The notes under the pieces were generated by a model. It was given only the letters and a program-made list of their open reading frames with translations. It had not been told where the DNA came from and did not search any database. 13,758 bases of DNA from Nitrospinaceae bacterium (GTDB lineage: Bacteria > Nitrospinota > Nitrospinia > Nitrospinales > VA-1), in contig JBHHVU010000071.1 of NCBI GenBank assembly GCA_046754465.1, positions 1 to 13,758 of the forward strand. Direction: 5' to 3'. Positions 1-7,013 of the stretch are shown one piece after another (the stretch's first letter is position 1; every line of letters starts with the position of its first letter). Both the position numbers and the translations under genes were made by a program.

Positions 1-405
1 GCCTTGGAAGTTTTAAGTGAAACCGGAGACGCCGAAGCCCAACGCATGGTCCGGGTCATTCTCGGTGTCTCTTTTTGGCGCTGCGGGGATTGGAACCGCG
101 CTCTCGCCTTGTTTGAAGAAGCGGTGCCGATCGGCCCATCCTCGGTTCCGGAACCTTACCGCCCTTTGCACGAGGCCCTCGAGAAAGCGGTCCCCCAGCT
201 CGAACAACGAGTCTGGGCCGCCCAAACCAACAACAACCCCCTCCGGTTGATGCAAGCGCATTTCGCCCTGATCCCTCTTTGCCTTTGCATGGGAAAGAAA
301 GAGGAAGCGGCCATCCATTTGAACCAAGCCGAATCCTTGGCGCGGCAACTCCAACAGGAAAATATTTCGCGAATTTTTCCTAAACTGCAATCGTTGATGG
401 ATTGA
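1..405 (+). CDS. TPR-like helical repeat protein, C-terminal part (5' end outside window)
   Basis: Frame is open from base 1 (GCC TTG GAA...) to TGA at 403-405. TPR-like helix pairs LGVSFWRCGDWNRALALFEEA and LCLCMGKKEEAAIHLNQAESLA. Confidence 0.7.
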   Translation, partial: ALEVLSETGDAEAQRMVRVILGVSFWRCGDWNRALALFEEAVPIGPSSVPEPYRPLHEALEKAVPQLEQRVWAAQTNNNPLRLMQAHFALIPLCLCMGKKEEAAIHLNQAESLARQLQQENISRIFPKLQSLMD

Positions 406-421
406 AACCACAAGGAACCTC

Positions 422-934
422 ATGGCCAACGAAGAACAACTGCAACTCATCAAAAAGGGTGTCGAGGGCTGGAACCGGTGGAGGGAGGAAAACCCGGATA
501 CCGTACCGGAATTATCGCGGGCCGACCTAAGGGGCGCCCAACTTCAAAAAGCCAACTTGAGCAAGGCCTGCTTGCAGGAGGCCAAACTTCAGTTCACCCA
601 TCTCAACGGCGCCAACCTGGAAGGAGCCAACCTCAAAAAAGCCAAGCTTCAGGAAGCCAATCTCCAGAGTGCCAATCTCCGCAACGCGAACCTCGCGGGG
701 GCGGGCCTGCTTGAATCGAACCTGCAATACGCCGATCTGACCAACGCGGACTTGCAAGGGGCGCAGTTCAACGAAGACGTCCTGCTGACCCAGACCCAAC
801 TCCAGGGCGCCAACCTGAGCGCGGCCACGGGCCTCGGCTCCAGCCAAATCCAATCTGCCCTCACCGGCAACCAAACCCGCCTGCCGGATTATCTGAATGA
901 GGAATTGGACGACGATTTTCTCTTGCAAATGTGA
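422..934 (+). CDS. Pentapeptide repeat protein (170 aa)
   Basis: Tandem A(D/N)LxG-type pentapeptides (ADLRG AQLQK ANLSK ... ANLEG ANLKK AKLQE ANLQS ANLRN ANLAG). Typical MANxExLxxIxxGVxxWNxWR N-cap. AAGGA RBS at 411-415. Confidence 0.93.
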   Translation: MANEEQLQLIKKGVEGWNRWREENPDTVPELSRADLRGAQLQKANLSKACLQEAKLQFTHLNGANLEGANLKKAKLQEANLQSANLRNANLAGAGLLESNLQYADLTNADLQGAQFNEDVLLTQTQLQGANLSAATGLGSSQIQSALTGNQTRLPDYLNEELDDDFLLQM

Positions 935-978
935 GGAGGATGACCGGTGGCATGGGCGGTGGGTTCTGGAGGAGAGAC

Positions 979-1003
979 CTCCCCCCGGGTCAGCCGGGGT
1001 GAG
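979..1003. terminator. GC-rich hairpin between convergent genes, possible terminator
   Basis: CTC-c-CCCCGG-gtcag-CCGGGG-t-GAG lies between the pentapeptide gene stop (934) and the acr3 stop (1049). No clear U-tract. Confidence 0.3.
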
Positions 1004-1048
1004 AAATCCGTTGGGGAAATCGATTTGGGTTAGGATCCAGGGGATTTT

Positions 1049-2197
1049 TCATTGGAATTCAACAGCAGCTTTTTCACGAGCCCGGGGATATTCGTACCAT
1101 GCGCGGGTGCCGTTGACCCAGCGCACCACCGACAACATTACGGGAACCTCCACCAGGACGCCGACTACCGTGGCCAACGCCGCGCCAGATTCGAATCCAA
1201 ACAAGCTGATGGCCGTGGCCACGGCCAATTCAAAAAAGTTGCTGGCGCCGATAAGTGCCGAAGGCCCGGCCACCCCGTGGGGTACCCGCAACCCGCGGTT
1301 CAACAGGTAGGCTAATCCGGCATTGAAATAAACTTGGATCAAAATCGGGACGGCGAGAAGCAAGATGACCAGTGGCTGGCCAAGAATCTGATCTCCCTGG
1401 AACCCAAATAATAATACGAGGGTGATAAGGAGCGCGGTGAGTGAAACGGGTTTCAACGCCTCGAGCGTTTGTTGCAGGGCTCTATCCCCTCCTTTCGACA
1501 GTAACCGGATTCTCCAAAGCTGAGCCACCACGGCCGGTGCCAGGATGTAAAGCGCCACGGACAGAACCAGGGTTTCCCAAGGGACCGCTATGGAGGATAA
1601 CCCCAGTAGCAGACCGACGATGGGGGCAAAGGCGAAAATCATGATGATGTCGTTCAAGGCCACTTGGCTCAGGGTGAAATTGGGGTCTCCATTGGAAAGG
1701 TTGCTCCACACAAACACCATCGCGGTGCACGGGGCCGCCGCCAGGATGATGAGTCCGGCGATATAGCTATCGATTTGGTCCCCCGGCAGGTAGGGCGCGA
1801 AAAGATGGGCCACGAACAACCCCCCCAGGGCAGCCATGGAAAACGGCTTGACGGCCCAGTTGATAAAAAGGGTGACCGCCACGCCTTTCCAGTGGGAACG
1901 GACTTGAGATAAAGCCCGGAAATCCACCTTCAACAACATAGGAATGATCATGAGCCAGATCAAGGCTGCCACGGGAATATTGACATGGAAAACCTCGGCC
2001 CGCCCTATGGCCTGAAACGGTTGCGGACAAAAATAGCCCAGGACGATCCCCGCGAGAATGCAAAGAAACACCCACAGGCTCAAATATTGCTCGAAGGGTC
2101 CCAAGGATTTTTCGCCGGCCGGATTCGCGATCGGTTCGGGGAGGCCGACCCTCCCCGGTCCCGGCTCCCACCCGTTTGGTTCTCTGCTATCTTTCAT
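1049..2197 (-). CDS. acr3: ACR3-family arsenite efflux transporter
   Basis: Polytopic membrane protein with Acr3 signatures FEQYLSLWV, LIWLMIIPMLLKVDF, INWAVKPFSM, AAAPCTAMVFVWS, GASNFFELAVA and GVLVEVPVML. Lies directly downstream of arsR. Confidence 0.97.
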   Translation of the reverse strand: MKDSREPNGWEPGPGRVGLPEPIANPAGEKSLGPFEQYLSLWVFLCILAGIVLGYFCPQPFQAIGRAEVFHVNIPVAALIWLMIIPMLLKVDFRALSQVRSHWKGVAVTLFINWAVKPFSMAALGGLFVAHLFAPYLPGDQIDSYIAGLIILAAAPCTAMVFVWSNLSNGDPNFTLSQVALNDIIMIFAFAPIVGLLLGLSSIAVPWETLVLSVALYILAPAVVAQLWRIRLLSKGGDRALQQTLEALKPVSLTALLITLVLLFGFQGDQILGQPLVILLLAVPILIQVYFNAGLAYLLNRGLRVPHGVAGPSALIGASNFFELAVATAISLFGFESGAALATVVGVLVEVPVMLSVVRWVNGTRAWYEYPRAREKAAVEFQ

Positions 2198-2206
2198 CGT
2201 TGGGCT

Positions 2207-2542
2207 TCATTCCCGGTCTTTCGGCACACATGCGGTCGGGGCGGCGCAGGTTTCCGGTTGACCCTGGCAACAGTTCTCGGTGAGGTAAGCCATCAAGGCA
2301 TTCATGGCGCCGTAATCAGCGGAATAAAACAGGGTGCGCCCCTCCCTCCGGCAATGCACCAACCCCGCGTTTTTCAACTGACTCAAGTGAAAGGAAAGGG
2401 TGGGAAGAGGCAGTTCCAACCTCTTTCCGATTCCCCCAGCGGAAATGCCTTCCTGGCCGGCCTGCACCAGCAGGCGAAAGATTTCCAGGCGGCTGGCCTG
2501 GGCCAGGGCGGACAAAGCTGTAACGGCGTTATTTATTTTCAT
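2207..2542 (-). CDS. arsR: ArsR/SmtB-family arsenite-responsive repressor, C-terminal Cys-Cys type (Acidithiobacillus AfArsR-like), 111 aa
   Basis: ALAQASRLEIFRLLV...TLSFHLSQLKNAGLV...REGR winged HTH. C-terminal LTENCCQG..C (C91, C92, C99, C105) and no ELCVCD box. Start moved to ATG 2542 because the ORF-track TTG at 2578 is part of the -35 hexamer. Confidence 0.95.
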   Translation of the reverse strand: MKINNAVTALSALAQASRLEIFRLLVQAGQEGISAGGIGKRLELPLPTLSFHLSQLKNAGLVHCRREGRTLFYSADYGAMNALMAYLTENCCQGQPETCAAPTACVPKDRE

Positions 2543-2564
2543 ATTTCCAATAGTATAGAAATAT
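2541..2564. promoter_or_regulatory. Putative ArsR operator
   Basis: Inverted repeat ATATTTC-N10-GAAATAT straddling the -10 box and start codon of arsR, as expected for an autoregulatory ArsR/SmtB site. Confidence 0.75.
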
Positions 2565-2578
2565 AAAAAATTCGTCAA
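2550..2578 (-). promoter_or_regulatory. Sigma70-type promoter of arsR-acr3
   Basis: On the minus strand: TTGACG (2578-2573), 17 bp, TACTAT (2555-2550), then only 7 nt before the arsR ATG. Confidence 0.8.
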
Positions 2579-2586
2579 TAAAAGGT

Positions 2587-2618
2587 TTGACTCTGTATCA
2601 TGGTACAGGGTTTATTTT
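2587..2618 (+). promoter_or_regulatory. MerR-type promoter/operator with elongated spacer
   Basis: TTGACT (2587-2592), 20 bp, TATTTT (2613-2618). The dyad CtCTGTAtCA|TGgTACAGgG (2591-2610, 8 of 10 pairs) sits in the spacer and has the GTAC-type core of Hg-MerR operators. Confidence 0.88.
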
Positions 2619-2635
2619 ATGAACAGGAGGCCGTC

Positions 2636-3046
2636 ATGAGAAATTTCACCCGCGGCGATTTAGCCGAAAAATGTGGGGTCAACATCGAAGCCCTTCGATA
2701 TTACGAAAAGCGCGGGTTGATCGATCCGCCGCCCCGGTCGGCAGCCGGTTATAGACTTTACTCCATGGAGGACGCGGTCAAAATCCGGTTTATCAAGAAC
2801 GCGCAGAAACTGGGCTTCACCTTGAACGAAATCATGGAACTTTTGCAATTGCGTATTCATAAAAATGAAAGTTGCGAATCCGTCATGGATAAAGCCCAAA
2901 ATAAATTGGAAGAAGTTGAATCGAAAATACAAGGTCTGAAGTCCCTGAAAAAAGTTCTCAAACAAATGATCCGGCAATGCGAGGAATCCACTCCGACGAG
3001 TGACTGCCCAATTTTATCCAGTTTTGAATCGGGACGAGAGTTTTAG
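2636..3046 (+). CDS. merR: MerR-family metal-responsive regulator with Hg(II)-type three-Cys site (136 aa)
   Basis: HTH GDLAEKCGVNIEALRYYEKRGLI..P.RS..GYRLY and RFIKNAQKLGFTLNEI. C80, C115 and C124 have the same spacing as C82/C117/C126 of Tn501 MerR. AGGAGG RBS at 2625-2630 supports ATG 2636 over 2600. Confidence 0.9.
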   Translation: MRNFTRGDLAEKCGVNIEALRYYEKRGLIDPPPRSAAGYRLYSMEDAVKIRFIKNAQKLGFTLNEIMELLQLRIHKNESCESVMDKAQNKLEEVESKIQGLKSLKKVLKQMIRQCEESTPTSDCPILSSFESGREF

Positions 3047-3054
3047 AAATCGCT

Positions 3055-3079
3055 TTTTTACAGAGGGCTTTTTACAGAG
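3055..3079 (+). repeat. Short direct repeat TTTTTACAGAG x2
   Basis: Identical 11-mers at 3055-3065 and 3069-3079 in the 41-bp gap between merR and the NHL gene. Confidence 0.75.
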
Positions 3080-3087
3080 TATCCATC

Positions 3088-5235
3088 ATGGTCGTCAGGA
3101 AATTCCTTATCATCCCTGTTGCCGGTATAGTATGGATCGGTTTGTTGACGGTCGCGGTCTTCGCGAAGGACACCTATCCTTTTAAAGAGATCGGGGACGG
3201 ACAAGCGGCGATTTCCGTTCCTCTCACCCTGGTCGATGGCATCGCCGTAGATCCCGAGGGCAATGTTTACCTTTCCCATCGATCCAAAAACCGAGTTCGA
3301 AAGATCGACAAAAACGGGATCATCACCACGATCGCGGGAAACGGCAAAGCGGGTTTCATTGGGGATGGCGGGCCGGCCATCCAGGCCTCCCTCAATTTTC
3401 CCGCCGGCCTGGCTTTTGACAGAGGCAATTTATACATCGCTGACAGAAACAACCATCGGGTTCGCAAGGTGGACGCCTCCGGCATCATCACCACGGTGGC
3501 CGGCAATGGGAAGGCGGATTATTACGGTGACGATGGGCCCGCCCTGGAAGCCAGCTTGAATCTTCCCTCCGACGTGGCTTGCGACGGAGAAGGCAACCTC
3601 TATATATCCGACCGTTCCAACCATCGCATCCGCAAGGTGGATGGCCGGGGAATCATCACGACTTATGCCGGACTGGGGGTAGCCTGGTTTGGGGGCGACC
3701 ATGGTCCCGCTCAAATGGCATTTTTGAAATATCCGTTTGGAATAACGTTCGACACAAAAGGCGACCTGTTTATCGCGGACCGTGGCAACAACCGTATTCG
3801 CAAGGTCGATAAACACGGGATCATCACCACGGTGGCGGGGGACGGCTTGTTTGCGTCGCGGGGGGATTTTGGCCCGGCCGCCCGGGCCAACCTGGCCTAT
3901 CCCACCGATGTGGCCGTGGACGATTTCGGAAATATTTATATCGCGGATCGAAATAACAATCGAATCCGCAAAGTCGATGCGAATGGCGTCATCACCACGT
4001 TAATGGGAACCGGGAGGGCCAATTATAACGGCGACCAGGGGCTGGCCTCGCAAACCAACCTGCACCTGCCTTTCGCCCTGGAAGTGGAACCCGGCGGCCA
4101 CGGCCTGGTGCTGGTGGACCGGTCGCATTTCCGGGTCCGGAAAATTGAATTTAAAACCGGCCGGGTGGTCACCATCGCCGGAAATGGGAAATCCCTATCG
4201 AAAGGAGACCAGGGCCAGGCGTTGGGCGCCACCTTGAACGGACCGCGCGGGTTGGTGATCGACCGGCGGGGAAATATTATCTTCGCGGACCAAATGCACA
4301 ACAAGCTCCGCAAGATCGATCGCCAGGGGATCATTTTCAATTTTGCCGGAACCGGCAAACCGGGGAATATTGGCGATGGCGGGGAGGCCGCCCAGGCGTC
4401 GCTCCTCAGGCCTTCCGCCCTGGCCATTGACACGGAAGATAATGTTTACATGGCTTCCCCATCAGGCAACGGCTGGGTCATAAGACAAATCGATTCCCGC
4501 GGCGGGATTTCCCTGTTCGCGGGAAACAGCAAGGTGGGAACCGACGGCGATGGGGGCCCCGCCAGGGAAGCTTCTTTTTATTCGATTCAGGATATTGCCG
4601 TGGGTCCCGGGGGAATCCTCTATGTCGCCGATTCGGCAAACCCTTTTATCCGGATGATCGATGATAAGGGAATCATCACCAAGGTCGCCGAAAAAAATTG
4701 GGGAATGCTGGATGGCGATATCCATCCCAACGGGTTGGCGCTGGATGCCCGGGGCAACATCTACGTTTCCGATTCCGGGAGCAGCAAGATTCGAAAGATC
4801 GACACCGGCGGCGAGATAACCACCATCGCGGGCACCGGGGACTTCGAGGACTTTGGTGATGGCGGTCCCGCTCTTTCCGCGGGCATCCGCTCCCCGGGGG
4901 ACCTGGCGTTTTCACCGGAAGGGGAACTGTATGTCGCCGAGGAAAGAACCCATCGTATCCGGAAAATCGATAAGAAGGGGAAGATATCGCCGGTGGCCGG
5001 AACGGGCGTGGCGGGTTTCAGTGGGGATGGCGGCCCCGCCGTGAACGCCCAACTCAACAATCCTTCGCAAATGGTGTTCGATTCCAGGGGGAACCTGTAC
5101 TTCTCCGACCGAATCAATAACCGAATCCGCAAAATCGACAGGAAGGGAACCATCACCACAATCGCCGGCAACGCCAACTTTGGATTTTTGCAGGACGGTT
5201 TGGAGGTCAACATCATTGTTCAGGATTTTCCGTGA
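3088..5235 (+). CDS. Exported NHL-repeat protein, 12 repeats (probably two six-bladed beta-propellers), 715 aa
   Basis: Signal peptide ending AVFA|KD. Twelve repeats of about 56 aa with consensus PxG(L/V)AxDxxGNLYIADxxNxRIRK(V/I)DxxGIITTxAGxGxxxxxGDGGPA. Confidence 0.92.
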   Translation: MVVRKFLIIPVAGIVWIGLLTVAVFAKDTYPFKEIGDGQAAISVPLTLVDGIAVDPEGNVYLSHRSKNRVRKIDKNGIITTIAGNGKAGFIGDGGPAIQASLNFPAGLAFDRGNLYIADRNNHRVRKVDASGIITTVAGNGKADYYGDDGPALEASLNLPSDVACDGEGNLYISDRSNHRIRKVDGRGIITTYAGLGVAWFGGDHGPAQMAFLKYPFGITFDTKGDLFIADRGNNRIRKVDKHGIITTVAGDGLFASRGDFGPAARANLAYPTDVAVDDFGNIYIADRNNNRIRKVDANGVITTLMGTGRANYNGDQGLASQTNLHLPFALEVEPGGHGLVLVDRSHFRVRKIEFKTGRVVTIAGNGKSLSKGDQGQALGATLNGPRGLVIDRRGNIIFADQMHNKLRKIDRQGIIFNFAGTGKPGNIGDGGEAAQASLLRPSALAIDTEDNVYMASPSGNGWVIRQIDSRGGISLFAGNSKVGTDGDGGPAREASFYSIQDIAVGPGGILYVADSANPFIRMIDDKGIITKVAEKNWGMLDGDIHPNGLALDARGNIYVSDSGSSKIRKIDTGGEITTIAGTGDFEDFGDGGPALSAGIRSPGDLAFSPEGELYVAEERTHRIRKIDKKGKISPVAGTGVAGFSGDGGPAVNAQLNNPSQMVFDSRGNLYFSDRINNRIRKIDRKGTITTIAGNANFGFLQDGLEVNIIVQDFP

Positions 5236-5282
5236 GAGCGTTTCTTCCGCCCCCGGCGCGTTTGTTTAAGGAGAACCGGATC

Positions 5283-6287
5283 GTGAAAAGATCAAGCGCA
5301 TGGGTTATATTCACCAGTCTCGTATTCATGACATGGACGCCGCCCGCCCGGGCCTATGACGTCAACCAGTTAATATTCCAGGGTCTCAGCCAAAATGGGA
5401 CCTATCTCGACATGTCTAGAACCGGGATGCTCAAGGACAAAGGGATCAAAGCGCTGGCGAAATCCCCCATGATCCTGAAAGTGGAAACCTTGCTCCTCAA
5501 AACCCACGAGATCACGGACGATGGAATCATCGCCCTTTCCAACTCAAGGTATTTGAAGAAGGTCCTGGTCCTCAATTTGTTCGACAACCAAATCGGACCG
5601 AGGGGAACCGGGGCTCTTTCACGGTCGGAAAATTTCAGGAATGTCACCGAACTCAATCTGTGGCAAAACCAAATCGGCGCCGAGGGCTCGCGGGCCCTGG
5701 CGGAGTCCAGGACATTGACACGCCTGATTTCCCTCGATCTTACGGCAAACGGCATTGGCCCGGAGGGCGCCCTGGCGATCGCTCAATCGGAACCCCTGAA
5801 ACACCTGCGGATTCTCAAAATAGCCGCGAACCACATCGGCAATGAAGGTTTGATAGCTTTGAGCCATTCTCCCTATTTAAGGAATCTGAAGGTCTTGGAT
5901 ATATCCGGCAATGCGATCGATTCCAAAGGCATTCAATCCCTCGAAGACTCCCCATGGGTGGACCGGCTGGAGGAATTAAAGATCAGCAAAAACCAGTTGG
6001 GCAATGAGGGAGTCAAAATCCTTTCCCGTCTCGCGGGGCTCAGGAATTTAAAAGAACTCAATTTGGAATGGAACGGCATCACCACCGACGGCGCAAAATT
6101 TTTGAGCGCCTCTCCCGTCCTTTCCAATTTGAAAATCCTGCACCTTTGGGGAAACCCCATTGGCGACGAGGGAGTCCAGTCCATCAAGGAATCGGAGACC
6201 CTTAAGAACGTCCACAATCCCATTTATCCCTTTGATAATCAGGGGATCGTCAATGAAACGGAATCGCCCGGGCCCAGGGACCTCTGA
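5283..6287 (+). CDS. Exported leucine-rich repeat protein (about 10 RI-like 27-aa repeats)
   Basis: LxxLxLxxNxIGxxGxxALxxSxxL repeats with a 27-aa period. GTG 5283 has AAGGAG at 5268-5273 and gives a signal peptide ending ARA|YD. Alternative start is GTG 5232, overlapping the upstream stop. Confidence 0.9.
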   Translation: MKRSSAWVIFTSLVFMTWTPPARAYDVNQLIFQGLSQNGTYLDMSRTGMLKDKGIKALAKSPMILKVETLLLKTHEITDDGIIALSNSRYLKKVLVLNLFDNQIGPRGTGALSRSENFRNVTELNLWQNQIGAEGSRALAESRTLTRLISLDLTANGIGPEGALAIAQSEPLKHLRILKIAANHIGNEGLIALSHSPYLRNLKVLDISGNAIDSKGIQSLEDSPWVDRLEELKISKNQLGNEGVKILSRLAGLRNLKELNLEWNGITTDGAKFLSASPVLSNLKILHLWGNPIGDEGVQSIKESETLKNVHNPIYPFDNQGIVNETESPGPRDL

Positions 6288-6330
6288 TGACTTCAAAATA
6301 TTAATGAATATCCACAAAAGGAATAACGGG

Positions 6331-6594
6331 ATGAATAAAAAAACGGTAACAGGCATGGGTGGCTTGATCGCCGCGGGAGCGGGGGCTTTTTGCTGCATCG
6401 GCCCACCGATTTTGGCGAGTCTGGGATTTGGGGCCGGCGCCATCGGTTTTGCCAGGGATTTTGGAAGTCTGCACTTGCCCCTCATGGTTCTCGCGGTCCT
6501 GCTTTTGGGAACGGCGTTTTATCTTCACAGGCGTGACAAAGATAAAGCCCGGCCAGGGAATGCCGGAAAATGCGCCGGTCCCTTATACAAGTAA
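6331..6594 (+). CDS. MerT/MerF-like mercuric-ion transport membrane protein (87 aa, two hydrophobic segments)
   Basis: GGLIAAGAGAFCCIGPPILASLG carries the intramembrane Cys-Cys pair typical of MerT/MerF. Second TM LPLMVLAVLLLGTAFYL. One cytoplasmic Cys. AAAGGA upstream of ATG 6331. Downstream of merR. Confidence 0.8.
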   Translation: MNKKTVTGMGGLIAAGAGAFCCIGPPILASLGFGAGAIGFARDFGSLHLPLMVLAVLLLGTAFYLHRRDKDKARPGNAGKCAGPLYK

Positions 6595-6659
6595 ACAGGC
6601 ATGTTTCCTTACAAAAATACCGTGAGGGAGGCTCAACCCAACTTTGAGGAGGTCTGATT

Positions 6660-7013
6660 ATGCTTTTCGGAATTAAATGGCTGAGGATGCTGAACTTGCT
6701 GGCGGGCGTTTTCGTTTTGCTTCATATGGGAGCCCCCTCCGCCATCTCCCAGGAAGAATCTTCCGTTTACAAGATGCACGTCAATGGCCTTTCCTGTCCC
6801 TTCTGCGACTTTGGGATCGATAAAAATTTAAGCTCGATCGACGGCGTTGAAAAAATTGACGTCGATCTTGCGGAAGGGGCGGTGATCATCACCATGACCG
6901 CCGGGAAGGTGTTGACGGAAAAAGCCGCGAAACAGGCGATTCAAAAAGCTGGGTTCACCCCGCGCGATTTCCAAAAAGTCCAAATCGTCGAGCAAGCTCA
7001 AAACAACAGATGA
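6660..7013 (+). CDS. Periplasmic heavy-metal-associated (HMA) domain protein, MerP-like
   Basis: Signal peptide, then VNGLSCPFC (GxxCxxC) ... IDGVEKIDVDL ... AIQKAGF. Strong GAGGAGG RBS at 6646-6652. Confidence 0.9.
   Translation: MLFGIKWLRMLNLLAGVFVLLHMGAPSAISQEESSVYKMHVNGLSCPFCDFGIDKNLSSIDGVEKIDVDLAEGAVIITMTAGKVLTEKAAKQAIQKAGFTPRDFQKVQIVEQAQNNR

Noticed and set aside
422..934. Pentapeptide protein as a Qnr/MfpA quinolone-resistance gene
   Set aside because: Generic A(D/N)LxG repeats with an N-cap common to uncharacterised members. Nothing Qnr-specific can be seen.
1985..2566. 193-aa + strand ORF
   Set aside because: Antisense shadow of arsR and acr3 with no recognisable motifs.
2543..2578. 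ORF-track N-terminal extension of arsR from TTG 2578
   Set aside because: The TTG is part of the -35 hexamer and the extension covers the promoter and operator. The ArsR fold starts at ATG 2542.
2600..2635. ORF-track start of merR at ATG 2600
   Set aside because: It lies in the centre of the MerR operator, upstream of the -10. ATG 2636 has a strong AGGAGG RBS.
3226..5170. Recurring DNA motifs (ATCATCACCACG, CGCAAGGTCGAT) as a possible CRISPR or non-coding array
   Set aside because: They are degenerate, codon-phased and fully explained by the NHL protein repeats. No identical repeats with unique spacers.
6160..6330. Long N-terminal extension of the MerT/F-like ORF
   Set aside because: Overlaps the LRR gene by 128 bp and looks non-coding. 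ATG 6331 has an RBS and gives a family-typical N-terminus.
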